Below, piece after piece: positions 46,391 through 54,539 of a stretch of 64,000 bases of DNA. A program made the position numbers and the translations under genes. Each line of letters begins with the position of its first letter. The stretch's first letter is position 1. This stretch comes from Candidatus Poseidoniales archaeon (GTDB lineage: Archaea; Thermoplasmatota; Poseidoniia; Poseidoniales; Thalassarchaeaceae): the NCBI GenBank assembly GCA_012959435.1, contig DUDF01000068.1, positions 34,468 through 98,467 of the forward strand, read 5' to 3'. Below the pieces are notes generated by a model. It did not search any database, was not told the DNA's origin, and saw nothing but the letters and a program-made list of their open reading frames with translations.

Positions 46391-47932
46391 ATGGATTTGC
46401 CTTCTTGGATTGCTAATGCGCCTTTCAAATTTGGCAAGGTTCTAGTTGCCAACCGTGGTGAAATTGCCTGTAGAATTATTCGAGGATGCCAAGAGATGGG
46501 GCTAGCCACTGTAGCGATTTACAATGATGCTGATGCAAATGCTATGCATGTTGAGTTAGCAGATGAATCAGTACACCTAGAAGGTGATGATTTAGCATCT
46601 ACTTATCTATCAGCAAATTCAATAATCAATGCTTGTCGAATAAGTAGGGCGGATGCACTTCATCCAGGATACGGATTTCTTTCTGAGCGAGCAGATTTTG
46701 CAGAGTTGGTGGGGTCAAGTGGAATAATCTGGATTGGCCCACCTGCAAAAGCGATTGATTCAATGGGTGATAAAGTAAAGGCTCGTAGATTGATGCTCAA
46801 TGCAGGTGTCCCACTTGTACCCGGTGCCGAACTAACATTTCAGGATTCTTTAGCTGATACTGTTGATGAATTACGTAGGGCGTCTAGTGAAGTAGGGTTT
46901 CCAATTTTACTGAAAGCCTCAGCCGGAGGTGGCGGAAAAGGAATGAGGTCCGTTGAAACATCTGGGGAATTGGAGGCGGCTTATCTATCAGCCAAGCGTG
47001 AAGCACTTTCAGCATTTGGAGATGACACCATCTATCTAGAAAGGAGAATAGTTTCACCGCGTCATATTGAAATTCAGATACTCTGTGATACTCATGGAGG
47101 TGCAATCCATTTACTAGAGCGCGAATGTAGTATCCAAAGGAGACATCAGAAGGTTATCGAAGAAGCACCAAGTGTCGCATTATCTGTTGGGATGCGGGAG
47201 CAAATGGGTGAGGCTGCGATAAATGCCGCTAAAGCAGTTCACTATGTTGGTGCTGGTACTGTAGAGTTCTTGCTTTCAGGAGATGAATTTTTCTTTTTGG
47301 AAATGAATACTCGTCTCCAAGTTGAGCACCCTGTGACTGAATTGGTTACAGGGGTTGATCTAGTTCAAGAGCAATTACGAATTGCTGCAGGTCATCCATT
47401 AGAGATTGCTCAAGATGAGGTATTTCCTCGTGGGTGGGCGATTGAGGCTCGAATTTATTCCGAGGATGCAGCTAATGGATTCCTACCTTCTATTGGTCCA
47501 ATAGCAGTTTTCAGGCCCCCCGAAGGGCCAGGTATTCGTCTTGATACTGGTGTCAGACAGGGTGATGAAGCAAGAATTGACTTTGACCCGATGCTTGCAA
47601 AACTCATTGTTCATGCTCCTGATAGGCAGCGTGCTATTGAGCGAATGTCTAGAGCATTAGAGGATTTCATAATCCTAGGTGTCACCACAAATATTGAATT
47701 TCTAAGGAGTGCGATCACTCATCAAAAGTTTGCTGCTGGTGACACAACAACGGATTTCATAGAGTCAATATGGCCTGATGGATGGGAGTCATTAGGCGAC
47801 CCTGCAGCGGCTGTAATCGCCGCAGCAAGCGCTGAGAAAGCCGGCCTTCATTTGGGCATATTAAGTGTTGAACTTGAAGATTCACCAGACCCGTATAATC
47901 CGTTTTCCACATTGGGTAGGAGATATCCATGA
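46391..47932 (+). CDS. Biotin carboxylase subunit (BC domain of acyl-CoA carboxylase alpha)
   Basis: VANRGEIACRIIR, the ATP-grasp motif GGGGKGMR and EMNTRLQVEHPVTE are present. The protein ends shortly after the BC domain. Confidence 0.93.
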   Translation: MDLPSWIANAPFKFGKVLVANRGEIACRIIRGCQEMGLATVAIYNDADANAMHVELADESVHLEGDDLASTYLSANSIINACRISRADALHPGYGFLSERADFAELVGSSGIIWIGPPAKAIDSMGDKVKARRLMLNAGVPLVPGAELTFQDSLADTVDELRRASSEVGFPILLKASAGGGGKGMRSVETSGELEAAYLSAKREALSAFGDDTIYLERRIVSPRHIEIQILCDTHGGAIHLLERECSIQRRHQKVIEEAPSVALSVGMREQMGEAAINAAKAVHYVGAGTVEFLLSGDEFFFLEMNTRLQVEHPVTELVTGVDLVQEQLRIAAGHPLEIAQDEVFPRGWAIEARIYSEDAANGFLPSIGPIAVFRPPEGPGIRLDTGVRQGDEARIDFDPMLAKLIVHAPDRQRAIERMSRALEDFIILGVTTNIEFLRSAITHQKFAAGDTTTDFIESIWPDGWESLGDPAAAVIAAASAEKAGLHLGILSVELEDSPDPYNPFSTLGRRYP

Positions 47933-47942
47933 GGTATTCAAA

Positions 47943-48452
47943 ATGAAAGAATTCATCAATCAAACAGATGACAGTGATTGGGCTGTTGGCGTTATTGATA
48001 CCGCAAGTGGTTACTCTGCAATCAAAATTGAAGTTAATGGTGAACCCTTGGACCTCCAAGATTGGCGGGTATCAATCGGCGCATCTAGTGATGAAGTATC
48101 ACTTGAGCGTGGTGATGGAGAGGAACGGTTGGTACTTGTCAAAGTGGAAGATACTTGGTGGGTGTATCACAACGGCCATACCTCAAGAGTGAGTGTTGTT
48201 GAGCGAGGAGCAGTGAGTACCTTCGACAGTATGGGTGGGTTGACTTCACCAATGCCTGGGAAAATACTCAGTGTCATGGCATCGGTTGGTGAACCAGTAG
48301 ACAAAGGACAGACCTTACTAATTTTAGAAGCGATGAAAATGGAGAATCGGATTTGTTCCCCGGTTGATGGAATAGTATCAGCAATACACTTTGAGGCCGG
48401 AGACCAAGTTAATCAAGGAGCCATTCTAATTGCGATTGAAGAGTCGGATTAA
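47943..48452 (+). CDS. Biotin carboxyl carrier protein (BT-like linker plus biotinyl domain)
   Basis: The biotinylation motif EAMKMEN is present, with PMPGKILSV upstream. ATG 47943 lies 10 nt after the BC stop. Confidence 0.85.
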   Translation: MKEFINQTDDSDWAVGVIDTASGYSAIKIEVNGEPLDLQDWRVSIGASSDEVSLERGDGEERLVLVKVEDTWWVYHNGHTSRVSVVERGAVSTFDSMGGLTSPMPGKILSVMASVGEPVDKGQTLLILEAMKMENRICSPVDGIVSAIHFEAGDQVNQGAILIAIEESD

Positions 48453-48469
48453 CCAATTGAAAAATCAAT

Positions 48470-49753
48470 TTACCAATTGCAAGATTGTAGTATTGTCTGG
48501 CCTTGCATATATGGTTGCAGCACTGCTGGAATCTGGACCAACCCATCTTCCATCTGATTTTGCTCAATTATCGCCACTAGGGCTCTACTAGTTGCAACTG
48601 CAGTTGAATTCAAAGTGTGGACTGCCTCATTTCCATCAGCTGTACGGTATCGCATTCGTAGGCGATTAGATTGGTAATCAGTGCAGTTTGAACATGAAAC
48701 CACTTCTTTGTAGGATTCCACACCGGGTAGCCAAGCTTCCAAGTCGTACTTCTTAGCAGCAACAGTCCCCATGTCTCCAGTACAAATGTTGACAATTTCA
48801 TAATGAAGATCTAAGGAATTCCAAAGTTCAACGCAGTTAGTGAGCAACTCTTCATGTAATTCCCATGAATCATCTGGCTTGCTGATGATTATCTGTTCAA
48901 TCTTGGTGAATTGATGGACTCTCCAAATTCCTTTATCAGATTGTCCATGCGCACCCACCTCTCTTCTAAAACAGGGTGAAATACCAACCATCCTCAAGGG
49001 TAGCATTGATGGTTCAATGACCTCATCCATGAACATTGCAGTTAGTGGATGTTCGCTGGTTGCAATTGTGTAGAACCCTTCTGGCTGAACGTTGTACATC
49101 ACTGTTTCAAAGTCGTCTAAGTCAGTAACTCCTTCGTACGCCTTACGATTCATCATCATAGGAGGTTGTACAAGGGTGTATTCTCTAGAGGTGAGGAAAT
49201 CAATCGCATATTGTTGCAAGGCTAATTCCATACGCGCAAGGTCCCCCTTCAGGAAGTAGAAGCGACTGCCAGCAATTTTAGCGGCTCGGGGAAGGTCAAC
49301 CCAATTATTCATGTCAACAAGTTCATTGTGAGTTTTTGGACTAAACGAATAATTTTGTTTTTCCCCATGTTTACTGTGTTGTGTATTGCCACCCTCATCT
49401 TCGCCGATTGGAACACTATCGTGGAGAATATTTGGTATCTTCATTCTCAAGCTGTCACGTGTTTTGATGAGATTATCTGATTCAACTCCCAACTCATCTA
49501 TTTGTGCCCCCAAGGTTGCAACTTGTGCTAAGATCTTCTCAGCCTCTTCATCGTCACCAGTTTTTTTGGCTTCTGCAATTCCTCTAGCAGCCTCATTACG
49601 TTGGCGACGTAATTGGTCAGCATCGTAACGAGCCTTTTTCCATGCATCGTCTAGACGAATTACTTCATCGATATTGTCGTGAAGAATCCCTCTCTTGTCG
49701 TGGTCAGCACGTATGATATCAGCGTGGTCACGAAACATCTTGATGTCTAACAT
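48470..49753 (-). CDS. serS: Seryl-tRNA synthetase
   Basis: It has an N-terminal coiled-coil arm and class-II motifs (SPCFRREVGAHG, NSTAVATSRALVAIIEQNQ). Length is 427 aa. Confidence 0.95.
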   Translation of the reverse strand: MLDIKMFRDHADIIRADHDKRGILHDNIDEVIRLDDAWKKARYDADQLRRQRNEAARGIAEAKKTGDDEEAEKILAQVATLGAQIDELGVESDNLIKTRDSLRMKIPNILHDSVPIGEDEGGNTQHSKHGEKQNYSFSPKTHNELVDMNNWVDLPRAAKIAGSRFYFLKGDLARMELALQQYAIDFLTSREYTLVQPPMMMNRKAYEGVTDLDDFETVMYNVQPEGFYTIATSEHPLTAMFMDEVIEPSMLPLRMVGISPCFRREVGAHGQSDKGIWRVHQFTKIEQIIISKPDDSWELHEELLTNCVELWNSLDLHYEIVNICTGDMGTVAAKKYDLEAWLPGVESYKEVVSCSNCTDYQSNRLRMRYRTADGNEAVHTLNSTAVATSRALVAIIEQNQMEDGLVQIPAVLQPYMQGQTILQSCNW

Positions 49754-49802
49754 TTATCTTCACCTTGCTGATTCATGTCATCCACTTGAACCCATTCATC
49801 AC

Positions 49803-51977
49803 CTAGAATATTGTAATACCAAATGAAATAGCCCCGTATCCTATGGAGATAAATCCAGTGATTAAGTATCCTAGAATACTACCTCCATTGAGTAAAGGTA
49901 ACCCTGCTTGAGGCCGCCCCATAGCGACATACCCCATCAGAACTACATAACCAAGAAGCCCTCCAATGAGGGAACCGATTGCAACGAACATCGGGTCACT
50001 CAATCCCATAAAAGTGCCATCAGATGGTAGGAATGTAAGTGCTGAGATGACTAGCATACCTGGGAAGATGACATCTCCAAGACCCATGAATAGCGCATCT
50101 CCTGTATTCTTCTTAGGTCTGGGGCGAGGTGGTTCAGGGGTAGGGAGTTTGGCCCCACTCTTTGCCCCATGCTCTTTCTTTGCAGAAGCAGGTGGCTCGT
50201 CCATCTTACTAATGGTATCCTCACCTTCGTCAAGGAAAGAATATCCTTTATCTTGAGGTGCTACTAACAGTATTGGAAGTTTGAGTCCAATCATCGTATC
50301 TGCGAGGTCAAGCATGTGCTTTGACTTGTACACTGCGTACCAATCATATATTGCCGCCACTATCATGAAAATTAGAATTAATGTTGGTACAAAACTTACT
50401 CCGATAATGGTGATAACTCCCGCTCCAGTTAGGATTCCAGTAGTGTTCACAACGTACCATTCAGGTCTGATTGTAAGGGCAATCATCAGTACAGTAGAAG
50501 CGAGTAAGGCGACTATTTGGGACCAGTAAATTGGCAACCAGTATCCAGCGGAATCCTCTAGAATTATTGCTGGTTCGTTAACTGGTGTAGCAATGATTGC
50601 ACTTTGAGTAGTGTTTACAGTATATGTTGTAAGGATGCCATCCTCAATATCGATTTCATCCCAAGCAGGATTATCAATGGTGTGGAGTATCATGTCTATT
50701 GGGCCTTGTGAAACGGGTCCTTCAATAGTTAAACTCTCAACCATGACCCAACCTGAAAACATCCTTGTTTCTCCACCTGATGCAATCCACACATCAACTC
50801 TGCCGTCATGTTGGTCATCAGCAAGCATGATACCTTGAATATCAGAATCAAATGCATCACGTTCGTTGAATTTTATGTGCTCTTCAACGCTCATCTCTGC
50901 ACCATCCCATACATAGCCGTAGACCTTCCCTGTCTCAGTCCCTAGCATCAACAAACTGTCAGTTGCATTTGCATCCCACCAATTATGTCCACTCCATGGG
51001 GAGTGGCCAAATGTGGATGCAGTGAATGCATCTCCTGAATTAGGGGTAACTTGCCAAAGTATAGTGGCATTTACTAAATCAGTTCCACCAGTATGTTGAC
51101 TATCTGGAATTTCAATAATTCCTGCCCAGCCATAAGATACCAAGAGTAGAGTATTTTCATTGAGCATGCTACCTTGCATAAATTCTCCAGAATTGAATTG
51201 TTCTGGGAGACTATAGACCCAACCTGAATAAGTGACATTCATATTGTTGAATGGGTCAATTCGTTGCATAAAATTGTTGTAGATAGCCCAGTCATTTTCT
51301 TCTGCAGAAAAGCCAACAACGCATGCGATATCGACATGGCTTGTGATAGGTGTACCATCAGATTTGTCTAATTTCTGCCAGCGATTACCATCACACATCA
51401 CATAAGAATCAAGATTATCTACCATTCCGATTCCATGAGCGGAATAACCACCATCGTCTAATTGGAGTGGGAAATTCCATTCCGCAACTGCTGATTGACC
51501 ACTTTCCAATCCGCTTGGCTCACTCATTTTGATGAGATGTGTTTGGTTAGTAACTATGAAAGATGAAGGGTCAAAATCAACGAAGACAATTTCAGCGTCC
51601 AAAGCACTTTCATCTCGGAATTCAGGAATGGGCTGTGGTTCATCCATAGCATAAGACGCTAGAGGAACCATAGCATAAGAGAGAGAAATCCATAGGATAA
51701 ACAGGACTCCCCACTTGATAATGGATTGAAGCCCTCTTTTTGCTAACCAGATAATAAACGCGGTAAAAACTAGAATCAGAATAAATTCCAAGCCGATTAA
51801 ACCAACTTTTGTAGTTCCAGCCTCTCCAAACGCTCTTGCTTCTGGTCGATCCCAAAACGGCTGAATGTAGATAGCAAGCAATATTGTACCAACAAACATC
51901 ACCCCCATTGTACTCATTGAACGCCATTGTCCAGCCATCTGAGAAAGGATGTTTGCGAAGCGGCTCTCACCTGTCAT
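49803..51977 (-). CDS. Presenilin/signal-peptide-peptidase-type intramembrane aspartyl protease (archaeal PSH family) with a large extracytoplasmic insertion
   Basis: - Catalytic YD (IYDWYAVYKSKHML, codons 50343-50348).
- GLGD (FMGLGDVIFPGML, 50073-50084).
- PAL-like QAGLPLLNGG.
- KLPILLV is also present.
- A roughly 370-aa non-TM domain lies between the third TM and the protease core.
- I prefer the start at ATG 51977, because the 52097 start would overlap divergent folC. Confidence 0.8.
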   Translation of the reverse strand: MTGESRFANILSQMAGQWRSMSTMGVMFVGTILLAIYIQPFWDRPEARAFGEAGTTKVGLIGLEFILILVFTAFIIWLAKRGLQSIIKWGVLFILWISLSYAMVPLASYAMDEPQPIPEFRDESALDAEIVFVDFDPSSFIVTNQTHLIKMSEPSGLESGQSAVAEWNFPLQLDDGGYSAHGIGMVDNLDSYVMCDGNRWQKLDKSDGTPITSHVDIACVVGFSAEENDWAIYNNFMQRIDPFNNMNVTYSGWVYSLPEQFNSGEFMQGSMLNENTLLLVSYGWAGIIEIPDSQHTGGTDLVNATILWQVTPNSGDAFTASTFGHSPWSGHNWWDANATDSLLMLGTETGKVYGYVWDGAEMSVEEHIKFNERDAFDSDIQGIMLADDQHDGRVDVWIASGGETRMFSGWVMVESLTIEGPVSQGPIDMILHTIDNPAWDEIDIEDGILTTYTVNTTQSAIIATPVNEPAIILEDSAGYWLPIYWSQIVALLASTVLMIALTIRPEWYVVNTTGILTGAGVITIIGVSFVPTLILIFMIVAAIYDWYAVYKSKHMLDLADTMIGLKLPILLVAPQDKGYSFLDEGEDTISKMDEPPASAKKEHGAKSGAKLPTPEPPRPRPKKNTGDALFMGLGDVIFPGMLVISALTFLPSDGTFMGLSDPMFVAIGSLIGGLLGYVVLMGYVAMGRPQAGLPLLNGGSILGYLITGFISIGYGAISFGITIF

Positions 51978-52043
51978 GACTACGGCGAGAGTGAAAACCC
52001 ATTTGAAAGCGAGGGTCACAAGAGATAGGGTGGGCGGGTATCT

Positions 52044-53396
52044 GTGAGTGATGTTCGAGAGTGGTTTACCGGGCTGAAAGTGCTTGGAATGCGCCAAAGT
52101 CTTGAAACAACCGCGATTTTACTAGCGCGTTTGGGCATGCCGCAAATGAAATTCCCATCAATTCATGTGGCGGGTAGTAACGGTAAAGGAACGACTTGCT
52201 CAATTCTGTCAAATTGTCTGTCACTCGCGGGCGTAAGTTGTGGATTGTTTACTTCTCCTCACCTTTGTTTTGTAGAAGAACGGATAAGAATAGATGGCGT
52301 CCCTATTTCACCCGAAATATTTGACCAGTGTCTTGAAGAAATACGGGGAGCGGCTCTAGTTGAACCAATAACAATGCCAACTTATTATGAGGCTACTTTT
52401 CTAGTTGCGATGCTGGCTTTCGAGGATGCTGGAATTGACCGAGCTGTAATTGAGACAGGACTTGGTGGCAGGCTTGATTCCACAAGATTAGTGCACGCAG
52501 ATTGTTGTGTTCTTACAGAGTTAGCACTTGAACACACCGATGTACTGGGTGAAACCCTAGGTGAGATTGCTGCTGAGAAGGCTGCAATTACTCGGCCGGG
52601 TGAGATTTTTCTTGCTAAATGGAATTATGATGCGGAGGCAAGAAAATCAATAGAAGATGCTGTTGGTGACCACAAACTAGGATTTTGGTGGAGACCAGAT
52701 CGAGCCTTATTGGTTCGTTTTGATAATACTGGCAAGAGTCATCGCCCAATTTCAGAAATTGCTACACCAAGTGGCTGGTCACCATATCAGAAGGAGGCAT
52801 CAATTCTCGCCCATGCCACCTTGACTTTGCTTGAATTGTACGAGGCTGCTAGTATGATGCCTAGTGCACTATTGCATACAGTTTGGCCCGGGCGCGTTCA
52901 ATGGCTTGAACATGAAGGCGTTCCAATTCTGATAGATGCGGCACACAACCCTAGTGGGATGCAAAAAACATGCGACCAATTACGCATCCAGATGGAACAA
53001 GATGAAGCCCCAACACCTGGAGTGGTATTGTTAGGTTGCACTTCGCAAACTGATTTAGTTGGATTCCTCAATCCGCTGGTAGAATTACTGATTCAAGGCG
53101 AGGTTGATCACATTGTGGTCACTGAGCCACAGAAAGGAAGGAGACAGGCGATTTCAACATCTGAGTTGGCTGCTGAGTTAGAAGCACAAGGAGTCCCAGC
53201 ATTCATTGAACAAGTGAAAAATCCAAAAGAAGCATTAGAAAGAGCACTGGAGTTATCAAAACAAGATGCAAACAAACCAATCCTTGGCATCGGTTCCATC
53301 TATTTAGTAGGGAATCTATTAACAGCACTTGGATTAGATACAATAGATGCGATGACAACCCTTCGCCCTTCAGAGGAGGGTGTGCATTGGACATGA
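52044..53396 (+). CDS. folC: Folylpolyglutamate synthase / dihydrofolate synthase (Mur-ligase family)
   Basis: The P-loop HVAGSNGKGTTCS, EVGLGG-like ETGLGGRLD and DAAHNPSG are present. GTG start. Confidence 0.88.
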   Translation: MSDVREWFTGLKVLGMRQSLETTAILLARLGMPQMKFPSIHVAGSNGKGTTCSILSNCLSLAGVSCGLFTSPHLCFVEERIRIDGVPISPEIFDQCLEEIRGAALVEPITMPTYYEATFLVAMLAFEDAGIDRAVIETGLGGRLDSTRLVHADCCVLTELALEHTDVLGETLGEIAAEKAAITRPGEIFLAKWNYDAEARKSIEDAVGDHKLGFWWRPDRALLVRFDNTGKSHRPISEIATPSGWSPYQKEASILAHATLTLLELYEAASMMPSALLHTVWPGRVQWLEHEGVPILIDAAHNPSGMQKTCDQLRIQMEQDEAPTPGVVLLGCTSQTDLVGFLNPLVELLIQGEVDHIVVTEPQKGRRQAISTSELAAELEAQGVPAFIEQVKNPKEALERALELSKQDANKPILGIGSIYLVGNLLTALGLDTIDAMTTLRPSEEGVHWT

Positions 53397-53432
53397 CGGT
53401 ATTATCATTAGGCCGGCCCTTCACGACAGGCA

Positions 53433-53927
53433 TTGTCGGTGGTTGATGTGAAGGAGAAACATCTGAAAATTCGCATCGAGCAGTGCTTAGCATTAGCAAA
53501 GGCCAGTAACTGCCCCAGAGCAAAATTTGGCTCACTTCTAGTTGACCCTGACCGCAATGTCATTTTGATGGATGGATACAATGGGGGTCCACGAGGCGGA
53601 GGAGATTTGTGTGGTGGAGAAGTTTGTCTTCGTGACACAGAGAATGTTGTTTCAGGAACACGAGTTGAAGTTGGTTGCCACCACGCGGAAATGAATGTGA
53701 TTTGCAATGCAGCAGCAAATGGAGTTCCAACAAAGAATGCTTGGCTAATTGTGACTGGGGAACCATGCATGATGTGTGCAAAGTTGATTCATCATGCGGG
53801 AGTTACTAGAGTAATTATCGTGGATGGTGGTTTTGGTGGGGTAAATGGCGTGGATTATCTTAATTCTCATGGGGTAGTTGTGCAAATGACTGATGGTCCA
53901 AAGGACCCACGTGGTGATTTGAAGTAA
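53433..53927 (+). CDS. dCMP deaminase (cytidine/deoxycytidylate deaminase family)
   Basis: The zinc motifs CHHAEMN and PCMMCAKLI are present. Length is 164 aa. The exact start is uncertain (TTG 53433, GTG 53439 or GTG 53448). Confidence 0.88.
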   Translation: MSVVDVKEKHLKIRIEQCLALAKASNCPRAKFGSLLVDPDRNVILMDGYNGGPRGGGDLCGGEVCLRDTENVVSGTRVEVGCHHAEMNVICNAAANGVPTKNAWLIVTGEPCMMCAKLIHHAGVTRVIIVDGGFGGVNGVDYLNSHGVVVQMTDGPKDPRGDLK

Positions 53928-53933
53928 GGTGAT

Positions 53934-54503
53934 TTATTCACTAAATGACTCAATCAATGCTTTGAGTTGGCCATGTAAATCATCTACATCGCCATTGTTA
54001 TGAATTACAACATCAGCCATTGCTGCAGTAGCAATTAAGGCTTGACCACTTTCATCATGAGCAATCAATTCAGATTCTTCTTGCTCAACAAATTGTTCAA
54101 AATTTTCAGCATCTCCAGTACGACCACGTGCAACTAAACGCTCCCATCGTACTTCTCTAGATGTACGGATTTCAATCATCATGAAATCATTACGCTTGCG
54201 TAGAGCTTCAACTTCAGCAGGGGTCCTAATGCTATCAATCGCATGATCTCCATCTTCACCAATTCGGTCAAGTAACATTTCTGCTAAAATTCCTGGGCCA
54301 CCCATTGCTCTGAGTTTTCTCCCACCCTCAATTAGGTTGTCACGGTTAATTTCTTGGCCGTTAGAGCGTAGCCAATGGCGAATGGAGTCAGAACATGAAT
54401 TTACACCAAAGCCATGTGCCTTCAGCCATTCAATAACAGTGGTTTTTCCTGACGCATTACGTCCAGTTAACCCCACTAACATCAAAGACGACGAGCACGC
54501 CAC
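53934..54503 (-). CDS. P-loop nucleotide/nucleoside kinase-like protein (dephospho-CoA kinase / UPF0200-like)
   Basis: The Walker A motif GLTGRNASGKTT is present and the size is about 185 aa. Substrate unknown. Alternative start at 54482. Confidence 0.6.
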   Translation of the reverse strand: MACSSSLMLVGLTGRNASGKTTVIEWLKAHGFGVNSCSDSIRHWLRSNGQEINRDNLIEGGRKLRAMGGPGILAEMLLDRIGEDGDHAIDSIRTPAEVEALRKRNDFMMIEIRTSREVRWERLVARGRTGDAENFEQFVEQEESELIAHDESGQALIATAAMADVVIHNNGDVDDLHGQLKALIESFSE

Positions 54504-54539
54504 TGCTCAAAGTAATAACGGCAACAGTCAAGATAGGAA

